Source: Camelus dromedarius
Lineage: Eukaryota
Length of the DNA stretch: 64,000 bases
Reading direction: 5' to 3'
NCBI RefSeq assembly: GCF_036321535.1
Contig: NC_087436.1
Location: 11,532,001 to 11,596,000, forward strand
Shown here: positions 24,849 to 36,036 of the stretch, piece after piece
How the letters are laid out: every line of letters starts with the position of its first letter
Position numbering within the stretch: position 1 is the first letter of the stretch
Notes under the pieces: model-generated
Database searches by the model: none
Told to the model about the DNA's origin: nothing
Seen by the model: the letters and a program-made list of their open reading frames with translations, nothing else
Program-made: the position numbers and the translations under genes

Positions 24849-25859
24849 AATACCCAAGTATAACACAGTTCAGATTAGTATAATAAAATAAAATTGGCTT
24901 GAATCATTTTGCTTCAGAAAATACAACTAGGAATATTTTTCTCATGATTTAATTTTAGTTAGCTTTTAACAAGGACTTCAAAATGGAAGCTTAGGTTCAT
25001 TTTTAGTTCAATGAAGAACAGTTCTCATATGAGGCCTGGATTCACTTCTATTTTGTGGGTTGGATTATTACCAAGATCTTAACAGAAGAAATGAAGAAAT
25101 ATGGATGCCTCAGGAATTGATTAACCACTTATATCCTGCACTAAACGTGCTTCTCTGCTTCCCGAAGCTGACTAGTACCAGATTAAGAATGAGAAAGGAT
25201 TTCTTGGCAAAGGATCCTTACTTGCAAAAATAATTCCAAGACTTGGGTTGAGCTTGAATTTTTGGATTCATGTGGAAACTCAAGACTTATCTTTTCACAT
25301 TACCATGTGAACAATTTGAACAAATAATACAGACTCCTAGAGGTTTGGTCTCCAAAAGTCAAGAGTTTAAGAATATTTTTCATCTCTTTCAGCATGGTCC
25401 TTTATTAAAGCATTCCATTGACAGTGCTATACAGAAATACCTCTATTAATGGAAAAGATAGGTTTCAACATCACACTTTTTCATCAAAAATGTTGTGATT
25501 GAAATAATATAGAAGGTGTTGGAATGCATTCTGAGAGGAAAGAGAATACGGGTTAGGGTACGAAGACATTATTTGGCTAAAATAATGCCAAGATCAAGTT
25601 GGTCTGTTGTATTGCAGTGCAATCCACTAATCATTCTAACTGATATTAGATAATTTCTAAGTTTGATTAGGGATGAAGAGAGCACAGTGGGGTCCTGTAG
25701 TTGGTGATGGTGAGAGGTGATAGATGTACTGATACCAAAAGGGAAAAAAGGGAACACTATGGGGAAAAGGAGAAAGGCAAAAAAACCAATTATTTCACAA
25801 TTTAGTTTAGGGTTAGTGCTATTAATAGCTGTGATGGACAAACAGAAAAGTGGGTAGAA

Positions 25860-25905
25860 GTGTGTATGTGTGTGTTTGTGTGTGTATGTGCATGTGTGTG
25901 TGTGA
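25860..25905. repeat. Imperfect (TG)n microsatellite
   Basis: Read directly from the sequence. Confidence 0.8.
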
Positions 25906-28900
25906 CCTGAGATGAATGACACCAAGCTCATAATGCTTCGTCTAATTTATCAAGAAGTTTTACTTGCTTTTTCTTCTCTCAGCATTGCTGACTGTGTAGA
26001 AAGATGTTGTCTTAGATAATGCCATAATGAGGTATTACATCACCAGACCACAGAAATAGATACCATAGAACTATGTACAAGTGAAAATAGATTAAGTAAA
26101 TTTCCTTTCCATAAAAAAAGGACAGAAAAACTGCTAACCTGATATACATTAGTGTGAAGTCTATTTTTGAATACTTCCTGTACCTATTCCAACAGATTTT
26201 CTATTAAACTTTGCAGTAAACAATTTGCTTTCATTTTTTCCAGGAACCTCTGATACAGGATAATTGGCAGGTGTGTGGTGCTGGAAATAAGGTTTGAATC
26301 TTCAAGACTATGAAAACAAGGAAGCAACATTTGTAGAATAAACTGGACTCACAGAAATGAATTCCTTCAATTAAAGATTTTCTGTTGGTCTGAAGCAGAA
26401 GACGCACATCAGCTCATTTCACATCACAAACACTGTAATAAATACTTTGACGTATTGACAAATCCATTTGCTAAACAGCAAAGTCTCACAAGAATAATTT
26501 GAAAAGCTTCATAATATATTATGTGTACTAAGCTGATTCCAAATCAAAATAATAAAAGCAAAAACCTTAATTTAAAATGAGAAAAACAACTCAAGTGATA
26601 CATTTTAGACTAACTCTTTAGGATAGAAAACAGGAGCTTTTAGAAGGTTTCCATTGTCTTTAATGCCCCATTTTTGAATGAGTGATGCTTTTCATTCTTC
26701 CTACCTTTACACTGGAAGGAATTACAAAAACAGAATCTTAGAGTTTTATATTCTTTGGTGAAACTGAGTCTTTTCTTTACAGGAGCAATTCTCAGTTTCC
26801 AGACTCTTGCCATGTGATGTGCTTGTGTCTGTCCTATCATGTCATGAGTTCTACTGCACCATGTGATTTAAACACAATCAAAGTCATTTTTGCTACCAGC
26901 TACTGTCACAGACTTGTTCCTCTGCATGGTTCCATCTTCTTTACTGGTGATGTGTTCTGGTTTCTCATATTAGCTATAGGTTATGGTTACAAGCACAGCT
27001 AAGGAATTGTTCTATTTCAAAGTATAATAAATCCTGTAAGATCTCATCCCTGTGTGGGGGAGCGAAGACCTCATCTAAAGCATAGGTAGGTGATCAGAGC
27101 TAATGACCTGAGCAGGTCAAACACCTCAGCACATCGAGTTAGTTCCTGTGCCAAGGGAAATGGAGACAGGGGGTCCTTGGTGGAGTTGGGTAGCTGCCCC
27201 TAATCCTCTGTGTCCTTTACTTGAGAAAATGGTGAAACTGACATACAAAGGAAAACATATCAAAAGTTTTCTTCCCTACAGATGGATTTGTGTTCATCCT
27301 GTCAAACTTTTTTCTTTTTTCTTGTGGTTGGTGAGACAGGGTTAAGTGTTGAGGCTGCATCTGGCCAAGGACCAGCTTGGTGAAGTGACTTGGCCCACAC
27401 AAAGATGCAAATGGAAACTTTGGCCTCATAAATGGCTACTGCTCTTAAGCAGGTCTGCTTATGTCTGAAAGCCAAAGGTCTGGTCACTGTCTTTTCAGAA
27501 AACCACCAAAGTGCTGTGTAGATTAACAACTTCAAATTGCTTCAAGATTCATAGATGAAGTTTGAGCTGTGGACCCAGCTCTTCAGCGTCTCTGCAGGGA
27601 GTGGAGTCAGGGCAGAGTATTGGATTAGGAATATGGACTGTCTTCAAATCTACCTGGTGGCCACCACACCAGGATACTACAGCTTGTGGGCTGTCATGTA
27701 ACTCTTAGCAATGTTGAGCTGTATGTGGGTAAAAAGTACCCTCTCCCAGATGACTTATAAAGCTTACAAATTTAGGAATAGGTGTGAAAAAGAAAAGGTT
27801 TGAGTAGACATTTAGCAGGCTAGCTGACCTGGATCCCTTAAGAAGCAGAGATTTGTAATGGACAAAACTAATCCAGGCGAGGATGTGAAAGGGGTTATGG
27901 TTTGGAGTTGTGTGCCTACTTGTCAGATTGACATATCCTAACTTTTCAGCATTTACTTATACCAATAGCATCACTTGGGGTGGGAAGACACAAAAGCACT
28001 AGGAGAGTTTTATGATTTTGTTTTGTTTTTTCCTGAAAGCTTCTGAAATCGCTGATCAAACAGTCCTGCTCACTCTGCTTACACACAGAAGAAGGAAGTC
28101 TGGCCAAAGTTTTGATCAAACCTGTTAGTGTGTCTCTTGGGTCTAGCACTTGACCTCAATTCCTCGCTGAGTAAAGTATAACTGATGGTCATGGAAATGC
28201 GTAGAAATAATAATAGCAGTGAATACTTATCAAGTACTTCCATTATACACTTAGTGCTATATGCTTTAAATAGATTATTCTACGTAATTCTTACAATGAC
28301 CTAATAAAGTAGGAAGTTTTATTACGGATCAGAATAAAATCTTCACTAACACTAAAGAAATAACTCAACAGATATGCCTTATACTTGAGGGATCAATAAC
28401 GCCACCAGGTTAAACAGGGGTGAGCTCATGTTAAGGCATACTAGATATGGCCTTTGCCTGGAAGGCTTCAACAGGGCACCAAGACAGTTCCCCCGACGTT
28501 ACTACTGCTCCTCCCCTGTCTCCTTCTCTAAATCCTCCTTATCTTATTGTCCTAGTGTTGGAGTGCCCTGGGGCTCACTTCTTGGTGCTTTCTTTTCTCT
28601 AGTTACATTATCTGGTTGATCTCAACCAGTCTTTAAATACCATCTACACGGCCATCTCCACTCCCAAGAGCCCAGACCAAAACCCTTGGGACCATCTTCC
28701 ACTGCTTTTCCTCTCACACTCATACCTAATCTATCAGCAATTCTTTTTCTCTTCTTTTTTGCTTTATCTTGTCAGTAAAATCAGAATCTGACCAGTTCTC
28801 TTTCTTCAGTACATATATGGCTCATATAGCAGCCAGTCATCTTTAAAAAAATGTTTTTTATTATAAACCTTTCAAGACATACACATAGATACACATAAAT

Positions 28901-29186
28901 AACTACCCCCATGCACTCATCACTCAGCGTCAAAAATTAATATTTTGTCCATCTTCTTTCTTCTATTCCCTACCCTCCCTTTTTTTTGGTAGAGAATTTT
29001 AAAACAAATCCCAGCAAAGTCGTCCTTTTAATGATCAGATCAAGCTGCTCACAACTTTTCATTGTTTCTCTTCTCAGGAAAAGCCAAATCTTTTTTGACG
29101 GCCTACCAGGCCTATGTGACCTGTCACCGCTTCCCCCACACCACCTCCTCTTACGGTATGCTGTCCTCACTCTGCCTCAGAGACCG

Positions 29187-29368
29187 TACAGGTTCTTAAA
29201 TCTTAGCGGGCACCAGCATGCCCTGGAGGGCTTGTTATAGTTCAGGTTGCTGGGCCTCACCCGCAGAATTTCTGATTCAGCAGATCTGAACTGGGCCTGG
29301 AGAATTCGCATTTCTAACAAGTTCCCAGATGCTACTGCTGTTCAGCGGCCTAACTGGGGAACCATCAG
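29187..29368. mobile_element. MER5A-type hAT DNA transposon
   Basis: TTGCTGGGCCTCACCCGCAGAATTTCTGATTCAG...GAATTCGCATTTCTAACAAGTTCCCAG is the typical MER5A core. Confidence 0.85.
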
Positions 29369-29499
29369 TTTACACTGTACTATCCTGGTTCTTCGACGGC
29401 CAAGAGTCTTTGCACTGCTCTTCCCTCTGCCTGAGCACTCTTTGCATTACTCAAGTTTCGCTTTGTTCCATCTGTTTAAATGACATGGTTTGAGAGGCC

Positions 29500-30650
29500 T
29501 TTCCTGTAACCATTATTTAGCATCCGTCTCCTCGCCCCGGTTATTTTCTATCTTCACGGCAAGCATCGGGTTTGTCGTGTCCAGATGGACAGGTCCGCTG
29601 TCACGGAGACCTGGTTTTGCTCCGCATCCCGTCCAAGCGCCAAGACCTCTCCCCGCAGGTGCACCGAGCGGACCACAGCCTGAGCAGGGAGACCCCGGTC
29701 CCTGATTGGGACCCAGGACCGGCGAGTCATTTCTTCTTGTCTCAGTTTCTCCATCTGTAGAGCAAAGGTCGCGTACCCGCACTCCTTCTCCTCCCTGGGC
29801 TCAGGCTGGGAGAGAACGGAGCGAACGCGCGTGCGGAGCCGGGCAGTCAGTGGACGCTGACCGCCGGAAAGCCGCGCTTTCCGGCAGAACCACGCCCAGC
29901 GTCTCCAGCCCCCGAGTCCCGGAGGGCAGACCCACCCTAAGGAACCCACTCGGCGGCAGCAGGAAGGGGCGGCGCGGGGCGGGGCCTCGAGGGCGCGTCA
30001 CACCCGGAAGTGCCCGCCTGCCGCCCCGCCCCCAGCAGCGCCGGCAGTCGGAGCGCGCCCGCGGAGCGGGGCCGCTGAGCAGGGCTGGCGGAGCTGGGCA
30101 GCCTCGGGCGCCGGTGCTGGTGCGGGTTCAGGCGCGGGCGCGGGTGCAGAGCGGCGGCGGGCGGGCAGGCGCCCGGGCGAATGGGACGCGGCGCTGCGGG
30201 CGGGCGGGGCCGGCGTCCGCGGCTGGAATGGTGCTGGCGGCGGTGGGCGCCCGCGAGCTGAAGCCCGAGAGGAGCCGCCATGGAGACGCCGCCGCGGCCT
30301 CCCGCGTGAGTGAGCGGACGGGTGGCGGGCGGGGCCGCTGCGGCCGGACCCGGCCGGGCGGCGGGCGGGGCGTCGCCGCGCGGGGTGTGGGGAGGGTCCT
30401 CCGCCGGCGAGCTGGAGCCCCGGGAGGGCCGAGCATCCGCGGGAAGGAGACGCGGGATGCGTGCGGGGCCGTCGGAAAAGGAAGCTGCAAAGTACAGACG
30501 CCGGTGGTGTGGAGAGGAATTCCTCTCAGCTTACCTGCTTCTCCGAATTCCTAGCAAAATTCTGTCAGAGAAGCTTGCACATCACTCTGAACGGGCCGCG
30601 GCTGTTTAGGGCATATGACCTCTTTTACCTGGCACTGCAGAAAATCGTGT
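29500..30650. promoter_or_regulatory. KLHL2: CpG island and promoter of KLHL2
   Basis: Very high GC and CpG density around exon 1. GC boxes GGGGCGGGGC (29976-29985) and GCCCCGCCCC (30023-30032), CRE half-site CGTCA (29996-30000), ETS/GABP site CCGGAAGTG (30004-30012). No TATA box seen. Confidence 0.92.
30280..30305 (+). CDS. KLHL2: Kelch-like protein 2 (Mayven), coding exon 1: METPPRPPA
   Basis: Optimal Kozak GCCGCCATGG and donor GC|GTGAGT (phase 2). Joins exon 2 in frame. Matches the recalled human N-terminus METPPLPPACTKQ. Confidence 0.95.
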
Positions 30651-32326
30651 TCGGAAATCACAGCATCTTCTGTTTCCCGGGCACCCTGGGCGAATTAGTA
30701 GTGTACGACATGCCAGGCACAGGTGTCTTTTTCCTTGGTACCTAAATACAGTCGAGACCACCTGCAACAAAATTGCTTCCAGAAATAACAACTGAGCGAT
30801 TATGTGGAAGACATTGAAGATACTGCATTATTCAGTACAAGATTCTTTTTTAGCATTTTGTTAAAAGTCGACTCTAAATCCCCAGGAATTTTGGACATTT
30901 CAATTTTGATTTGCTTTCCTTAGTTTAACCTTTATGAAGGAAGAACGCTTTGAATCTGACTTTTGAAACCGCAAATATCGTTCTGAAGAATGGTGTACCT
31001 CTTCCTGACAGCTTATTTTTGGAGCTTTATCGTTTTCCGCTTAGATTTGACCAGCTTGATTCCATGGCATTTGTACCACACCAGCCTTTTGTGGTTATTT
31101 GGCAGAATGCCAGCCGAAATATAAATATTGGGCTTAGGCTGAATAATTTTTTGGTGTTGAGTCCTTTTAGGAGAGCTAATAGGATTCTGGAACTACAATT
31201 TCTAAAAGTGCCTTGCAGAAATTTTAGCTCGAGTGGAACAGATCATGGGGATCTAAGGAGTACATAGGACTCTTGAATTTACCCCCCTGGACTGGAGGAA
31301 CAAGGGCTCAGTTCGGTTATGTTTTTCAGCAGGTTCAGGAAGGATCCTGAACGTCAAGGAAACGCGATGGTGGATTGTTCACTTCAGCAGTGGGAGCACA
31401 GCATCAGCACATGAGTTCTGTCTAGGCTCAGAGGCATGCAAGGCAGGAAACGTTACCTGTCCGTAGACAACTGGAAGTATTGAGAATATCCCACATAGGA
31501 TGTTATCTGTCGTAAACCTGCCCCCTTCATACCAGTTCCCTGCCACCCCCCCGTCTTTTTTTTTTTTTTTTTTTTTACTTCTGGAGCAGAGGGAACTAAA
31601 GGAAAGAAAAGGGGGACATTAGAATGCAGGTGAAAAAAAGGGTGTGGAAAAGCAGGCTCTGGAGGGAAAGAGTAGAGATGTAGAAAATGATTTAAATATA
31701 AATAATTAAAAATAAAATAAATGGGTGTATGCAAATATCGATAAACTGAATCTAGACCAGATCAACTCATAATTTTGGTGTCCAGCACAGGTCTTTGGTA
31801 CTGAGACGCCCTCAGTAGTGCTAGAACAGTGAGAGGCTGAGATGTAGTGGAAAGCCTGAATGCCAACAGGGATGGCAGAATAGTTAAAGAAAACAAAACA
31901 AAAAAAAAAAACAACTTTCAATCATGGGTGGCTAAATTTGGAGAAATTTTGTTTCTGTTCATTTAATAATAAATACAAATAAGTTTATTTGCATTTGGTC
32001 TATCTAGGACTAGCCCTAATCCTAGAACTCGTGATAGTGTTTTTTGCCTTTCTGTACATAAGAAATAGTTTTTCTTCCCATCCTTTTGTCTGTTTGCCTC
32101 CACTCTAATAACTTGTTTTTCCTTCCACGCCAAATCATGGGTGCCAGATTTGAGCGCTGGCAGTTCTTGGGGAGGGGAGCTTTTTCGAGTCTCACTGTGC
32201 TGGAACTAACTGGGCTAGGACAGAGGCCAGTGGCAGTTATTGAGAGGGATCAGTTTTTCATAAGGTTAGATTTTTAGCCTGAGCTTTAAGGCAAAGAAGA
32301 TTGACTTGGACTTAAAAGTGCCTTGG

Positions 32327-32364
32327 ATGATGTGGTTGGAAACAGGGACTCAGATCCTCTTTGT
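32327..32364 (+). pseudogene. KLHL2: Relic of a KLHL2 alternative first coding exon (MMWLETGTQILFV) whose in-frame donor reads ATGAGT
   Basis: Resembles the recalled N-terminus of a human KLHL2 isoform (MVWLEARPQILFV). At 38 nt, it ends in the phase 2 required to join exon 2. Confidence 0.65.
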
Positions 32365-34801
32365 ATGAGTGTCTGTTTATTAATTCATTTGTTCTGCAAA
32401 TGTTTGAATGCCTGTCTCTGCCAAGCACTGAGTGTGATGCTTTTGCTCATGCTTCTGTCTTAATAGCCAGTTTTGCATTGTTTTCAAACCCCAACTTGCT
32501 CCCTGACAGCCTGTTTTACATTGTCTTGGAGGGATGGAGGGCTGCCTTGTTCTTTCAGGTGGGCTTGTTGAGATTAAGTTTTTTGATCTCTTCTGCTCTT
32601 TCCACTCCTTGCCTCCAAGTTCGCATCCTTTTTGACTCTCGTGTTGATTGGCATTGGGCTTTATATCTCTGTTTATTGTTTTTTGCATCCTTGAGTATCA
32701 GTGATTTTTAGATTCTGTTACATTTTGGGGTCTGGGTAATATGAAGACCATAAGACATTAGCCTCTGATTGAATCTGAAAAGTGTGCAACTAAAATTATA
32801 TGTAGGTTAGCAGAGGAGTCTCAGACAGTAAACTGAGATACAGGAAAGGAAATGTAAACTCATCAGCCCTGACCCCAGGAATGTTTTATACATTATAGTT
32901 TTTATAGTTATTTTTGTAAAGGATTTTCATAATTACTAAGTTGAGGGAAGACTGTGAGTATAGGACAGAGTGCATCTCTCTGACCTCCCCTCACGGCAGA
33001 GTTTCCTTGGCCTTCGTTTTCCTACTGGCCCTCTTTCACAAGTTGGCTTTCTCTCTACCAGCCTTGCTTTTCTGCTTTTCCTTCATGAAATTAAGTAAGT
33101 GTACCTCAGATATACAACCATATTTTTATTTTCAGTCGATTCCATGTCACTGGTGGCTCTTAAATGTCAGAGATGTTCAGCATAGGCAGACAAATGTCTT
33201 GTTGACTGTGTTCTAAGGGATTTAGGCAGTGCAGAATTGGTTGGATTAGAGTAGAGGTTCACATACTTTTGGATTTCACTTACTGTAAATTCAAACAAAA
33301 CAAAAGTTGAAGTCTAACATAAAATTGCTAAGTTTTATTTCGCCAAATAGAGAAAAAAATTGATAAAATAATTATCAAATATCATCATTCTTTTGTAAAA
33401 GAAAGGACATTTTAGTGTCCGTTTCCCAATACAAAGGACATAATCTCAGATTAAAGGATAGTTCTTAAGTTGAATGCGTTTAGTCTCATGAAAACTTACT
33501 ACACTGTCCTCATTTTGTCACAGACCAATAAAAAGTTCATTGAAGCCTGACATTTGCAATTCACTGGACCAGATAAGCTTTAATGTTCATTCTAATTCTA
33601 AGATTCAATTACCATGAATTTGAAACCTTGTCACAGGTCACCCCAATATTCATTTGTTTGTCTTTTATAGGAATATATTCTTGTTTTTGTTTAGTCCCAA
33701 GTGTAAATTGGGCATCTCTCAGATCATAGGCAAATATCCTTAGTAATAGACAAAGACAGTTAAAATATTTAGGAGCAATAATGGCCTACAAGTTAATGTT
33801 GAAAAAAGACACATGAATCTGTGTGTGTTGAAGAAAGTGTCATATATAAGGAAAAATTTGAAGTGCATTTGGGAACATGAGAAGTGGATTCTAAAAATAA
33901 GTAGCAATTATGTATTAGTCTTACAGATTCTGAGTAATCACTCCTCCTTCTCCCACCAAATAGCCCTAAATCTCTTGTTTCTAATTTACATTTTCTCATG
34001 TACATAGTAGGCATGCAGTAAATATTAGTAAATGTGCTTTTGTGTGGGGTGACTGTAAATTTACCTAGCTGTGGCTGTAAACACCGAGAGTGTTTATGAA
34101 AACAGGTGAACGTCTTTCTTAAGATCAGGTGGAAGTTTCTTTCAAGGTGATAAAGAATGAAAATTGCCTTTCAGATGCTCTTCTATAGAATTCTGCCAAA
34201 GTCTTAATGTATTTACTGCTTATAATGGGGGAGTTTGGGTTTTTTATTCATATATATTGGGTGTCTGCTATGACTAGACTTAGGGAATATCTCAGAAAAC
34301 AAAACAAAGTCCTTTTCCTCATGGTTGAAACTGAGAGTAAACAAATATATGATACAATTACTGTTACTTTGCATTGTGTTGCTTTCTTTCTCACATTTCA
34401 GGTTATGGGCATTTGCTAAAGTATTTTTTTGACTAGTTCTTTTCTCTGGTCCTGCCTTGAAAAACAAGCTCTTGCTTTCCATGACAATACCTTTTCATGG
34501 TTTCCCACTCTAGTTTTTAGGTGGTTAAATGTGATTTACTGTATTACTTTATCTCATTTAATTCTGTCAACAACCTACCTTATTAACAACCTCTCTTATT
34601 ATTATTAGTTTTCAGAGGTTAAGTTACGTTCCTCAACTTATAAGTAGAGGAGCAACTGGGACTGTAATCTCTCTGTTGATTGCTTTTTTGGCTTACATGG
34701 CTTCTGTCTGTTGGCAGTAGCTGTTTCTCACAGATGCAGGCCTTGGCCACTTCTTCTCTTCAGCTATTAATCAGTAAGTTGTGGCTCCATCTGTATATCT
34801 T

Positions 34802-36036
34802 TTTTTTTTTTTAACTGAAGTACAGTCGATTACAATGTGTCAATTTCTGGTGTACAGCACAGTGTCCCAGTTGTGCATATACATACATATATTCATTTTC
34901 ATGTTATTTTTCATTAAAGGTTATAACGAGATATTGAACATAGTTCCCTGTGTATAGAGAAGAAACTTCTTTTAAAATCTATTTTTATATATAATGGCTA
35001 ACATTTGTAAATCTCAAACTCCCAAATTATCCCTTTCCACCCTCTTTCCCCAGTAATCATAAGATTCTTTACTATGTCTATGAGTCTGTTTCTGTTTTGT
35101 AGATGAGTTCATGGTGTCTTTTTTCTTTTTGAATTCCACATATAAGTGATATCATATGGTATTTTTCTTTCTCTTTCTGTCTTACTTCACTTAGAATGAC
35201 ATTCTCCAGGTCATCCATGTTGCTGTAAATGGCATTATTTTATTTTTTATGGCAGAGTAGTATTCCATTATATAAATATACCACAACTTCTTTATCCAGT
35301 CATCTTTTGATGGACATTTAGGTTGTTTTCATGTCTTGGCTATTGTAAATAGTGCTGCTATGAACATTGGGGTGCATGTATCTTTTCACATTAGAGTTCC
35401 CTCCACGTGTATACCCAGAAGTGGGATTGCTGGATCATATGGTAAGTCTATGTTTAGTATTTTGAGGACTCTCCAAACTGTTTTCCATAATGGCTGCACC
35501 AAACTACATTTCCACTAACAGTGTAGGAGAGTTTCCTTTTCTCCACACCCTCTCCAGCATTTATCATTCATGGACTTTTGAATGATGCCATTCTGAATGG
35601 TGTGAGGTGATAACCTCATTGTAGTTTTGATTTGCATTTCTCTGATAATTAGTGATATTGAACATTTTTTCATATGCCTGTTGGCCATTTGTATGCCTTC
35701 ACTGGAGCATTGTTTGTTTAGGTCTTCTGCCCATTTTTGGATTGGGTTGCTTGGTTTTTTCTTATTAAGTTGTATGAGCTGTTCATATATTCTGGAAATT
35801 AAGGCTTTGTCAGTTGCATCACTTGCAAATATTATCTCCCATTCCGTAAGTTGTCCTTTTGTTTTGCCTATGGTTTCCTTTGCTGTGCAAAAGCTTTTGA
35901 GTTTAATTAGGTCTCATTTGTTTATTTTTGCCCTTATTTCCATTGCCTGGGTAGACTGCCCTAGGGGAACGCTGCTAAGATTTATGTCAGAGAATGTTTT
36001 GCCTTTGTTTTCTTCTAGGAGATTTATCATGTCTTG
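34802..36036 (-). mobile_element. 5'-truncated L1 (~1.2 kb) in intron 1
   Basis: Perfect 16-bp TSD TCCATCTGTATATCTT at 34786-34801 and 36037-36052. TT/AAGA endonuclease site on the minus strand, poly(T) at the left end. Confidence 0.95.

Noticed and set aside
24980..25560. Unique sequence with short open frames, considered as a TRIM/SPRY or other pseudogene
   Set aside because: The frames I translated gave no recognisable motif. A tblastx search would be needed to revive the idea.
29706..30554. 282-aa ORF and the other long overlapping ORFs across 29.5-30.7 kb
   Set aside because: These are low-complexity Arg/Gly/Ala/Pro frames expected from stop-codon scarcity in a CpG island. The ORF runs through the KLHL2 exon-1 donor and has no recognisable domain.
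31333..31352. 8-bp inverted repeat GTTCAGGA-AGGA-TCCTGAAC
   Set aside because: Chance-level length
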